64,000 bases of DNA, from assembly GCA_016748015.1 (NCBI GenBank), contig JAAOMT010000529.1:128848-192847 (forward strand), in the 5' to 3' direction. The notes beneath the pieces were generated by a model. The model had not been told where the DNA came from and did no database searches. It saw only the letters and a list, made by a program, of their open reading frames with translations. Shown one piece after another: positions 54,139 through 64,000 of the stretch (its first letter is position 1; each line of letters opens with the position of its first letter). Both the position numbers and the translations under genes were made by a program. Origin of the DNA: Geosiphon pyriformis uo1. Lineage: Eukaryota; Fungi; Glomeromycota.

Positions 54139-57100
54139 CTAGTGTTTCAATCTGTCTCCATGTGCAACTTTTGTTAGTATTTTATCATCAAGTCTTAACT
54201 TGTATAATCCATTGCCTAGAATTTCGTGAATATAAAATGGTCCATCCCATTTGTTTTCAAATTTTTCACTCCATTGTTTTTCAGCCTTAGTTCTGTGTAA
54301 GAAAACTTTATTTTCAACTTTAAATTTGTTGGTTATGGGTGGTAATTTGTTGTCATGTTTTTTTTTTTGTTGAGCTTGAGAGTGTTCAATATGAGTTGCT
54401 GCTATTCTTCTTTTTTCTTCCAGTATACTGAGAAGAGTATAGGCTCTTTTTTGGAGTGTTTCTTGAAAGTTTTCTTTATTGATTGGTTGCACTGGATATG
54501 TTTCTACTGTGAAATTAATTGGTAATGTTGCTGTCCTTCCATAAATAAGGTCAAATGGTATGTGTTTTATAGTATCTTGTTTTAGTGTTCTGTATGCTAG
54601 TAATACTGATGGAATAAAGATATCCCATTTCTGTTTAAAATCTGTTGAGACTTTGGCCAATGATTCACACAATATTCTGTTGAAATGTTCTACAAATTCA
54701 TTTGTTTGAGAGTGATAAGACGATAATAAAGGTCTTTTGACATTGAATTTTTCACAAATTTCTTGTATTAAGTTGTTCACAAAATGTGTTCCTTGATCAG
54801 ATAAGAGTTTAATTGGACATCCATGTCTACAAATAATGTCTTCATAGATGAAATTTGCTACTGATTTTGCATCTGCTCTTTGGATGGCTCTAGCTTTAGG
54901 CCATTTGGTAAGATAATCTACTGCTACTGCAATATAGTGATTTCCTTGAGTTGTGATAGGTAATGGTCTGACTAAATCAATTCCAACTCTGGCAAACAGT
55001 TGTCCAACTTTAATTGGATTTAAAGGTTTTGTGGGGCGAGTTCTTCCTTTTCTTTGACAACTATCACAAGATTCTACATATTGTTAAATGTTTTTTTGCA
55101 TGTGAGGCCAAAAATAATGTTCAAGAGTTCTTTGAATTGTTCCATCTCTTCCCAAGTGTGCTGAAGACGAATTTGTATACATGTTATATAAAATTGTTTC
55201 TTTTTTATTTTTCTGTACTAATCTGAGTGGTTGGTTTGGGTTTTTACAATTTTTGTAATAGATTTTGTTGTGGTGTATAAAATATTGTTTGGATTGGTAT
55301 TGTAATTGATGTTTTTCACTTGAAAACCAATTTTTTGGCATGGTAAGAGTCTCCAAATAGTTTTTGATGTTGTTGTAGTTTTTTGGATCCATTGTTGTTG
55401 ATTTTGTTGTTTGTTCTGCTGTTAAGTTTGTTGGTGTTAATGTTGGTATTAATATTGTCTTATTCTTGAAAGACTATCAACATTGGTGTGTAGTTTTCCT
55501 GGTTTGTGATGTACAATGTATCTGTAATCTGCTAGGAAGTCATTCCATCGAGACTGTTTGGCACTTTGTTCAGTTTTTTTTTTATTAAGCCATTTGAGGC
55601 CAATATTGTCAGTTATTATGTCAAATTCTTTTCCATTCTTCAGATATTGTTGAAAATGTTTAAGAGCCCAGATGACTGCAGCAGCTTCCAATTCAGTTGA
55701 GCCATATTTGAGTTCTGTTGACTTGAGTGTTCTGCTGGCATAGACAATAACTTGTTCCTGGTTATTTTCATCTAATTGTGATAAGATAGCACCAAATGCT
55801 ATGTGTAAAGCATCAGTGGCTAATTGGAATCATTTGTTAAAGTCTGAGTAAGCAAGAACTGGGGCTGTTGTCAATTTTGTTTTGAGAGTTTCAAAAGCTT
55901 TTTGTTGTTCTTTAGTTCATTTGTATGGCATGTTTTTGTTGATAAGATAATTGAGTGATTTGACAATTTCTGAGAATTCTTTTATGAATTTTCAATAATA
56001 AAAGGCTAATCCTATAAATCTTCTTAGTTCTGTGGTATTTCTGGAGGTTTAAAAGTTTTTGACAGCACTGATTGTTCCTGGATTTGGTTTAACTCCATCT
56101 TTGCTTACAATGTGTCCAAGAAAGATTAAGCTTGTTTTTCCAAAGTAACATTTCTCAATGTTTAACTTTAATCCTGCTTTCCGTAATCATTGAAAAACTT
56201 CTTACAGGTGAATGAGGTGGGCTTCAAAGCTTGGTGAGTATATATCAATATCATCAAGATAGACAACTACTGATTGCCACAAGAGCCCTTCATATACAAC
56301 ATTTATAAGTTGCTGAAATGTTGTTGGTGCATTGCAAAGTCTAAAAGGCATAACATTAAACTCATAATTTTTTCTTTGAGTGGTGAATGCTGTTTTGGGT
56401 CTATTTTTTGGATTTATTTCGACTTGTCAGTATCCACTTTCCAGGTTTAAAGTTGAGAAGAACTTGGCTTTTCCTAGAGCATCTAGCATGTCATCAATTC
56501 TTGGAAGAGAGTAGACATTTCCAATTGTAACACTATTTAGTTGTCTATAATCAACACAGAATCTGATTTTTCCGTTTTTCTTTTTAACTAAAACTACTAG
56601 TGAGGCCCAAGGACTTCTTAATGATTAAATCAATCCGTTATTGAGCATTCTTTGGACCTCTTCTCTGATGAATTGGTGGTTGGCAGGTGGCACTTGATAA
56701 GCTTGTTAACATTTTGTTGGAGCATCTCTTGTATGGATCTGATGTTGAACAATGTCTGTTTTTCCAAGGTTATTGTTGTCTTTTGCAAATATATCTGCAA
56801 ATTCAGCTATCAATTGTTTCAATTGTCTTTGTTGTTGAGGTTCTAAGGGACCCATATTAATTTGAGAGAGTTTTTCTTCCAAAATGTGGTAGTTTTTAGT
56901 GGTGGAAATGATATTTGGATTTGGAAGTAGAGTGTGCCTTACAATTTTGATGAAATTAGAAACAATTTAAGGGTTTTCATTTTGAAAAATATTGCTGTGT
57001 ATGATTCCAATTTCTAATTTGTTTAATAAGACAATAGGGTAATTATTGGGGTTGTAGAATGTAACTCAAAATTTTTTCATTTCTTTAGGAATATAAACGT

Positions 57101-59050
57101 TTGGAATTGAAATTTTATGCTTTAAACAGATTTGTTCATTGGATTCAAAGATTTGTTGTGTAGTGGTGAGTTTTAAGCAAATGTAAATTTCGTGATGTTC
57201 TCCAAAAAGTGAAATGGTAATTGGCTGAAGAAGTTGAAGAATCTGGTGAGATTCATTTTGTATTTTAAGGGTTATGTTTACTGGAATTGTAAATCGTCCA
57301 GTTAAAGAGTTCCTCTTTCACTTTTTCCCAATTGTTCTCTGTTGTTAACTGATTGTAGACCCGAAATATTAATTAAGAGTAGGTAAATTGCTTAAGCAAT
57401 TTTTTTAGCATGTTCAATTTTGAATGGTTTGTCTGTCTCATTTTGTAACATGATGGTAATGTCTTCAGTGTATCCTGCATCTATAACTCCTCCTTTAATA
57501 TTGATTCCTTTGCTTGCCAATGATGATCTGGAGGCAATTTGAACTATTGCTCCTGGTGATATTTCAAGAGTAATTTTGAGATTGATTTTTGTCAAGAACT
57601 TTGGTTGGAGAACCAAAGTATTTTTTCCTGAGTATCTTAGGTCATATCCAACATCAATTTTGTATGCTTTTTCTGGTCTGATTCCTTGACCATGGTTGTC
57701 AAAATATTTAAGTTGTAGAGATAGTTGCTTTTCAAGAAGATAGATGGGGGTGGTTGGTAGTTCTTTTACTAGTTCAGATATTTCAAATTCAATTTCATTT
57801 TTATCATTCTCATCTGGCAGAGGAATGCTAAGAGCATAACATTCTAAACACCATTGGTCATCACAAGGCATAACACATTCTTTACACAATTGAATGTTCA
57901 TTTGCTCTAATTATTGAATTTGAGCTTCTTTGGTCAGATATGTGTGGCTTGCAATTTGGTGGTAGGTTTCTACTTCATCTTCATAATTAAATCCAGCTAA
58001 TTCTATGGTATACTCAATGTATTCAGCTTCTTTTATTTGGTGGACATCTTTTTGGGTGGCTCCATTAATCAATGCTATTACTAGGTCAAAAATCATTTCA
58101 GCATCATAAGGGTAGTGGTAAAGTTTATTGAGAGCACTGTTGTATGCTGCATCAAATGGTATTCCTTTTCTGACTTTTTCCGAAATTAATAGAGCATATT
58201 GACAGGTTTGATTACATACTCCTCCTCTTATTGCAACATCAATCCAGTTGTATTCTTCTGATAACATATCTTTACATGTAAGGCAAGATGTGTTGTCCCA
58301 TTTTCCACTTTTTTTTGGAGATCCAAATCGTTTTCTATGGCATGTTTTACAAAAGTAACAGGTATAAGTTTCATATTCCTCTTCTGGAGAAATACATGCT
58401 CTCATTGATGAAAGTTTTTTGTTGCAATCTTTGCATTTGAGTGGAATATAGGGTGGTTGTTTTCGTGGTTCTGGTATAGAATATCTAACTTTCTTCCATC
58501 CTCTTGATTCTTCAAAAATCTCTTGTTCTGTTTCTTCAGCCCAATTGGATGTTGATCCAAGAGCCATGTAGGTTTCAGTAAGTGGCATTTCTTTCTTCTC
58601 TTCAAATTCAAATACTAGGGCTTTTTCTGATTGTTTGTTAAAAGTACTACAAGTAGCAGATACTATGGTGTATTGTCTTTGGTATAAGATTTTTAATTCC
58701 TGAGTTTCCCAGTCCAAGTTTGCATTGGCCTTAAAAAGCCAATTATTTCCGACTAGAGCTTGGTATTGGGGTGCATCCATAACAAGAACTTTAACTGGAA
58801 TGGTGATTCCATCAATTGTAAAGGGGAAATCATCAATTTCTCTTACTGGAGTCTTCTTTATACCATCAGCTGTGACAATAACTGTTTGAGCTGGTCTGTC
58901 TACATTTTGTTTGAGTTGTTGCATCAGCTAGTAAGTGATAATACTTCCAGCTGATCCACTATCTAAGATTAAGTGAATGGGTTTTCCTTTCATTGTAGCT
59001 TCTGTGTACATAGCAGTAATTGCTTTCTGTTCATTGACTGCTGCATTACT
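54139..59050 (-). pseudogene. pol of family-A element: protease, Cys-rich domain, dUTPase, RT, RNase H, integrase
   Basis: LILDSGSAGSII (PR); GYDL/RSSLA/GVIDAGY (dUTPase); VVYLDDI near 56250 (RT); TDA, ELEAAAVIWAL (RH); HLGRDGT, GIDLV, SDQGTHF, WDGPF (IN). No chromodomain seen. Confidence 0.92.
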
Positions 59051-61080
59051 AAGCAGAAATGGTGATTCATTTGCTTCAAATTCAAATGGAAATATATCTG
59101 AAAGGTTGGCATTTTGGGCAATTTGAGCTGGTGGAATAGTGTTGTTGGAAGGATTTAATCTAAGTGTTGCAACTTTACCTTCAGAAAATGCAAGTTGTTG
59201 AAAATTCGATTTCTCTGGTATTGTAAGATAACTGGGTTGAGTGTGATAGTGATTGGGTCTTTGCTGACCAGAATTTCGGAAAACCAACTGGTTATTTGGA
59301 TTAATTCTGTTGTTGTTATTCTGAAATTGATTTTGGGGTGTAAATTGGTTATGTTGAACCAATTTTTTTGCTGGTACTTGATATTGTTGAGTGGGTGGTA
59401 TCTGATATTGCTGAATTGGTAAAGATTGCTAATATTGTTGTTGAATTAGTTATGGAGCTGGTTGATAATAGCTGTTTTGAATTTGTGGTCTTGGTGAATA
59501 ATAAATTGGTGGTGGGGGTTGGTAATAAGATTGTTGTGATAAAGAGTAATATTGATTACTCCTGTTTTGTTGGTTTCTTTGTAATTTCCTACAATCTCGT
59601 TTTCAGTATCCTGGAATTCCACAATAATGACAATTTTGAGGTTGGTTGTTGGATGGTGATCCAAAATTGTTTTGGTTGCATTATTGTGAGGGTTGATATC
59701 TTTGTGGTTGTTGTTGCTGTTGTTGTTGGTTTGTGAAGTAGCTTTCAACCTTTTTTGTGAGTTGATCTATTTTTTTTTTAGCTGCTGAACTGGTTTTTTC
59801 AATAGCTAGATTGACAAGTTTGGTGTGATTTGCTTCTTTCATTGCCATTTCATAGTTCTTTGCATGTCTAATGGCTGTTGCTAAATCTTCTGGAGCAAGT
59901 GAATGGACTTTTTTGATCAATTTGTCTTTCAATTCTGCTATGAACTGATCCAGAATCTGAGCATTAGAATAGTATTTATTGGTTTCCAATTGTCGGATTC
60001 ATCTAAGAAGTTTGTTAAATCTTCTAAGATAGGTCATAACAGTTTCAGATGTTTCTTGTTTGATATTGTGAAAGTGGTTTCTAAAAGTGATAGAAGTATT
60101 GTTGTTGGTAAATTGTTGTAAAAAAGCATCTTTGAATGTTTGCCAGTTTTCAAATGGTTCTTTTAAATTTTCAAACCATTTTTCTGCTGTTCTTTGGAGA
60201 AAGTAGGGAATTGCTTTAAGCATTCTTGCTGTAATCCAACTATTTGTATCTCCTGCTTTTTGAACTTTGTCAAGCCATTCTTAAGGACTGGTATCATTGT
60301 TTTCACCAGTGAATTCTGGAATTTTTGCAATATAAGCAGTTGTCATTTCTTCTTTATTTCCTGTGATTTCTTCTGGTTCTGATTCAGTTTTTTCACTTTT
60401 CAAGCTTTCTGAATGATTACTTTCGTTTTTCTGTAAGTAATCAATAATATTGGCACTTGTTGATATTGGTTCTTGTTGTTGAGTAGGATTTCTAGGTGAC
60501 TGAAAATCTTCTGGTCTGGAGAAATGGTTAAGTGGTGAACTTGGTGTTTATGGTTGAACAAATGAAATTGGAAATGGTGTAATATAAAGTGGTAATTTGA
60601 CACTGGTTCCTTGTTCAGATGTTTGCAAGTGTTTGGCAGTTGTCTTTGATAGTATTGGAGTGTTTGGAGTGGTTCTTGAGTATTGTTTTACTTTTTGTTT
60701 GCCTTTGTTGCTTGTCTCTGTTTCTGATTCAAAGTTAAAAGAGTATTTAGGCTGTACTGGGTATTTTTTTTCACAGTACTCAATAATATTAAAATTAAGT
60801 TCTTAGAAGTAAGTAGCAAGTGTTTCATTGTTCAGATCTTCTGTTCTCAATTGTGAATAATGTACTAAATTATTGTAGAAGTTGCTTCTAACTTCTGAAA
60901 TGTTGTAGTTTCCAAAAAAATAATTGTTGATGCAATTTTCAATATATTGGTATACTGATTTCTTGACAACTTCAATTCCGTCTGAGATGTTGAATCTTTG
61001 CTTGCAGTAGGTGTAAATTGACTGATGATACTCTAGAGTTGTTGTGTCTGGTGTGGTCGCCACTTTGAATTTGTTGTTGC
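59050..61080 (-). pseudogene. gag of family-A element (capsid-like domain and CCHC knuckle)
   Basis: MTTAYIAKIPEFTGE...MLKAIPYFLQ...QILDQFIAEL; knuckle CHYCGIPG(Y)(*)KRDC near 59595-59635; broken by stop codons. Confidence 0.85.
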
Positions 61081-62894
61081 TGTATTATTTCTGTGGGAGA
61101 GCACCAAATGTTACTGGAGGTTTTTGGTCTCTTTTCTTGAATGTTTTAAATGTCTGTTGGTTGCAAATTCATATTTTCTAGAAGTAGTTGAACCTCCAGT
61201 ACTGAATTTATCTTTAAATTATTTCCTATAATTTGAACTGCTGGGCTTATAAGTGAAATGGCCAATTCCATGCCAGTTACTTTGTGTAGTTATGTTGTAG
61301 TAAACGTCAACTCTTTCCCAGAAATTGCTCATTTAGAAGCTCACCAAAATGTGTAGTTACTTTGCTGTAAAAGTCAACCTTTTTACAAAAATCTTGTCTG
61401 TAGACTACCTTAATGATTATAGTAAGAAAATAAAAGAAAATAAAAAAAATATAAAAGAAATTGAATTCTGTCAAGGGAAACGTTTTCTATCTAGGCCTGG
61501 AGTCACTAACAGTTTACTGAAATTGGTAGCTAATCAATTTCAAAATGTTAATTGGGTTTTGGGGATTTTCCAAGTGCAATAATTAAAAAATTTGGTTTTT
61601 CAAATTATTTGATATTTATTTTTTTTTGTGTGTATAGGAATGGTTTTAAGTAATAAATCTAAAGTAAGATACATTTTCTTGAAGAAAAAAGCTTTTTTTT
61701 TATACAACTTGTTGTAGTACTAGTCTATGAACTTGCACTTTTTTTCTTTGCTCAAATTTTGGTGAACTAAAAATACATTTTGATGGACTACAAGTTATTT
61801 CGCTGAACTATTGATTAATTTGGATAAACTATTTATAATTTCGGTGAATTTCTTATAAATTTTGGCAAATTTCTGTAAATTTTGGCAAATTTTTGAATGT
61901 TACAAAGTTCAGGGTATTGTGTAATTTGATCATCCTACTTTCTGTTATACTAATTGGATTATTTAATTGAATTATGATATGTGATAATTGATTAAATAAT
62001 AAATGATAATTTGAAATAATATTAATATACTAATTAATTATAGGAATTATAAGGGTAATTTCATGCTAATTAATAGCTAAAATTCTACTGGTAATATCGC
62101 CATTCTTCAGATTTTATGTTCATTGTGGAGATATCTTTCCAACTGTTGCAATATTTGTTTTCAGACATCATCAATTGGTGTCTTCTTACATATTCAGTTG
62201 TTGATTAGGATCATATACTAACACATTTTATTACATGTTTTTCTATGCCCAGGAATGTCATTCCACATTCTTTCATTAGGCAAAATAGTTCCACATGCAA
62301 GACATGGTTTATTGTCCCATTTTCTCTGTTGTTTTGGTCATTCAAAGCATTCTATGATGCATGAGTGACAGTAGAATTTTGTTGCTATGGAGTATTCTTT
62401 GTTGTTGCCACAGCATACACCTATTGATGACAATTTTTTACTATAATTGATGCATATGAGCTTTGGTTGACAATAGGTAGATTATTTTAATATAGTATAT
62501 GTATAGGAGTTATAAGTAGTGATGTTGGTGAGTGTTGTTTCTTCCTCTTTCTCTTTTTTTTTTTCCTTATTACTTCTTTTTTTTTCCCAAGTTATTAGCT
62601 CTTCTTGGCTGTTGTCAGTTCCCCAGGCTTGGTTGAAATTCCAGATAAGTTCTTTTTTTTGTTTTCCTTTCTTATTGTCATTCCAAAAGAGTATCAATGA
62701 TAGCTTGTTGTGGTTTTTGTTGGCCCATGAAATTTGGTAAGCTTTTCAGGTAGGTTTCTCTTTTTTTTCTTCAAATTTGATTAGTGGTGCTGATGTAGTG
62801 CCATTTGGTTTGAAGTGGCCACATGTGGCTAACACTCTTGTATGTTGTCCATCCTAACTGAGCTGTAGTTCCTGTGTATTTCAATCAAGCATGG

Positions 62895-64000
62895 TATTAC
62901 TGGAGGTTTTTGGTCTCTTTTCTTAAATATTGTTGATGTTGATTTACTGTAAATTCACATTTCCAGGAAGTAGTTGGACCTCCAATAACTGAATTCATCT
63001 TCAAATTATCTTCTATAATTTGAACTGCTGGGCTTATAAGTAGAATGGCCAATTTTTTGCCAGTTACTTTATGTAGTTACATTGTAGTAAATGTCAACTC
63101 TTTCCTAAGAATTGTTTGTCTGGAAGCTTACTAAAAATGTGTAGTTACTTTGCTGTGAAAGTTAACTCTTCTACAGAAATTTTGTCTGTAGGCTACCCTA
63201 ATGATTATGATAAGAAAAAATAAATAAATAAAAGAAATGTAAAAGAAATAGAATTCTGTCAAGAGAAACGTTTTCTATCCAGGCCTGAAGTCACTAATAG
63301 TTTATTGAAATTAGTAGCTAATCAATTTCAAAATGTTAGTTGTGTTGAGAGAATTTCCAGTGTAATAATTTTAAGGATTTGTTTTCGAATATTTAATTTT
63401 TATTTAAATGTGTAAAAAGTGATTTGTTTCAATTAAGATATCTAAAGTAGGATACTATGATAAGATATGGGAAGAATACATTTTCTTGAAGAGAAAAGCT
63501 CTTTTTTTATACAACTTGTTGTAGTATTAGTTTTTGAACTTGCACTTTTCTCCTTGCTACAATTTAGGTGAACTAAAGATACATTTCGGCAAATTTACAA
63601 GTTATTTCACTGAACTATTGATTATTTCGGCAAATTTTCCTTAATTTCAGCAAATTTTGACTATGTTAAATGGTTCAGGGTATTATGTAATTTGATCATC
63701 TTAATTTCTAGAATACAAATCGGATTATTAACTGAATAATAATATTTGATAATTTGGCTAATTTAATAAGTAATAATCGAAATAATAATGTATGCTAATT
63801 AATAATAGGAATTATGAAGTTAATTTCATGCTAATTAATAGTTAAAATTTTACTGGTAACATAATCTCCTCCTCAAGACTGAGCTCTATCAAAGTCCAAG
63901 CACTATCTGTGATGTTAAGATAGTGGTCCAAGATAATCGAAGTGATTTGGTTTGAAAATTGTTGAAATTTCAGTTCTGTGAGCTTTCTAATATATTGAAT
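62895..64000 (-). mobile_element. 3' LTR (62895-63861), PPT and end of ORF3 of another family-A element, continuing beyond the window
   Basis: TATTACTGGAGG...GGTAACA LTR followed by taatctcctcctcaagac and sequence matching 53173-53310; inserted in the family-B protease region after ATGG. Confidence 0.93.

Larger units (their letters stand above)
52288..62096 (-). mobile_element. Full-length Ty3/gypsy element, family A (~9.8 kb), nested in family B
   Basis: LTRs 52288-53172 (3') and 61109-62096 (5'); PBS TGGTGCTCTCCCACAG (61091-61106); PPT GAGGAGGAG (53177-53185); TSD TTAC/TCGC. Order gag-PR-dUTPase-RT-RH-IN. Confidence 0.96.
46628..62894 (-). mobile_element. Ty3/gypsy element, family B (3' LTR 46628-47433; interior 47434-52287 and 62097-62894), split by family-A insertions; 5' part lies outside the window
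   Basis: PPT next to 47433; integrase (GIDLV, SDQRTHF, PQTNELVERFN), RT (YLNN from YLDD, ELRAFLG), dUTPase (AGFDL), end of protease (LDxNTQELQLS). Frame rejoins across the nested element as ...RMA|SVKAENV. Confidence 0.9.

Noticed and set aside
54000-54140. Chromodomain at the integrase C-terminus
   Set aside because: Sequence after the GPF motif shows no chromodomain pattern in family A, and none was seen in family B.
61091-61106. Idea that the local tRNA-Val primes family-A reverse transcription
   Set aside because: The PBS is TGGTGCTCTCCC..., whereas this tRNA would need TGGTGTCTCGTG. The primer is another tRNA ending ...GAGAGCACCA, identity not determined.
60970-61272. ORF starting inside the 5' LTR (MELAISLISPAVQ...) and crossing the PBS
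   Set aside because: LTR copies at 1177 and 62895 lack the ATG and carry frame-changing indels, so it is not conserved. The true gag start remains unresolved.

Overview
Eukaryotic, intron-containing fungal DNA. Gene structure and TE proteins point to Glomeromycotina/Mucoromycota; from memory they resemble Geosiphon-type repeats, which I cannot verify. Two compact gene islands sit in AT-rich repeat deserts. Island 1 (~15.2-26.0 kb) holds an orphan gene with an in-frame stop, LRO1/PDAT, eIF3m, proteasome alpha-2 and an SR-related splicing factor. Island 2 (~30.4-34.3 kb) holds a coiled-coil+RRM gene, a WW-domain gene and tRNA-Val(AAC). The rest is nested TEs: two Ty3/gypsy families (here LTR-A and LTR-B; two complete A elements, one interrupted B element, four solo LTRs), LINE fragments, and a 4.25-kb pogo-type DNA transposon carrying captured gene pieces. 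Strongest leads: (1) both gypsy families share the layout PR-[Cys-rich domain]-dUTPase-RT-RH-IN-[extra ORF3 at the env position]; (2) all 8 readable LTR insertion junctions show a 4-bp target with a central CG/CA/TG; (3) repeats, but not genes, carry near-pure C>T/G>A hypermutation not confined to CpG or CpA. All coordinates, translations and counts were done by eye; no database searches were run.
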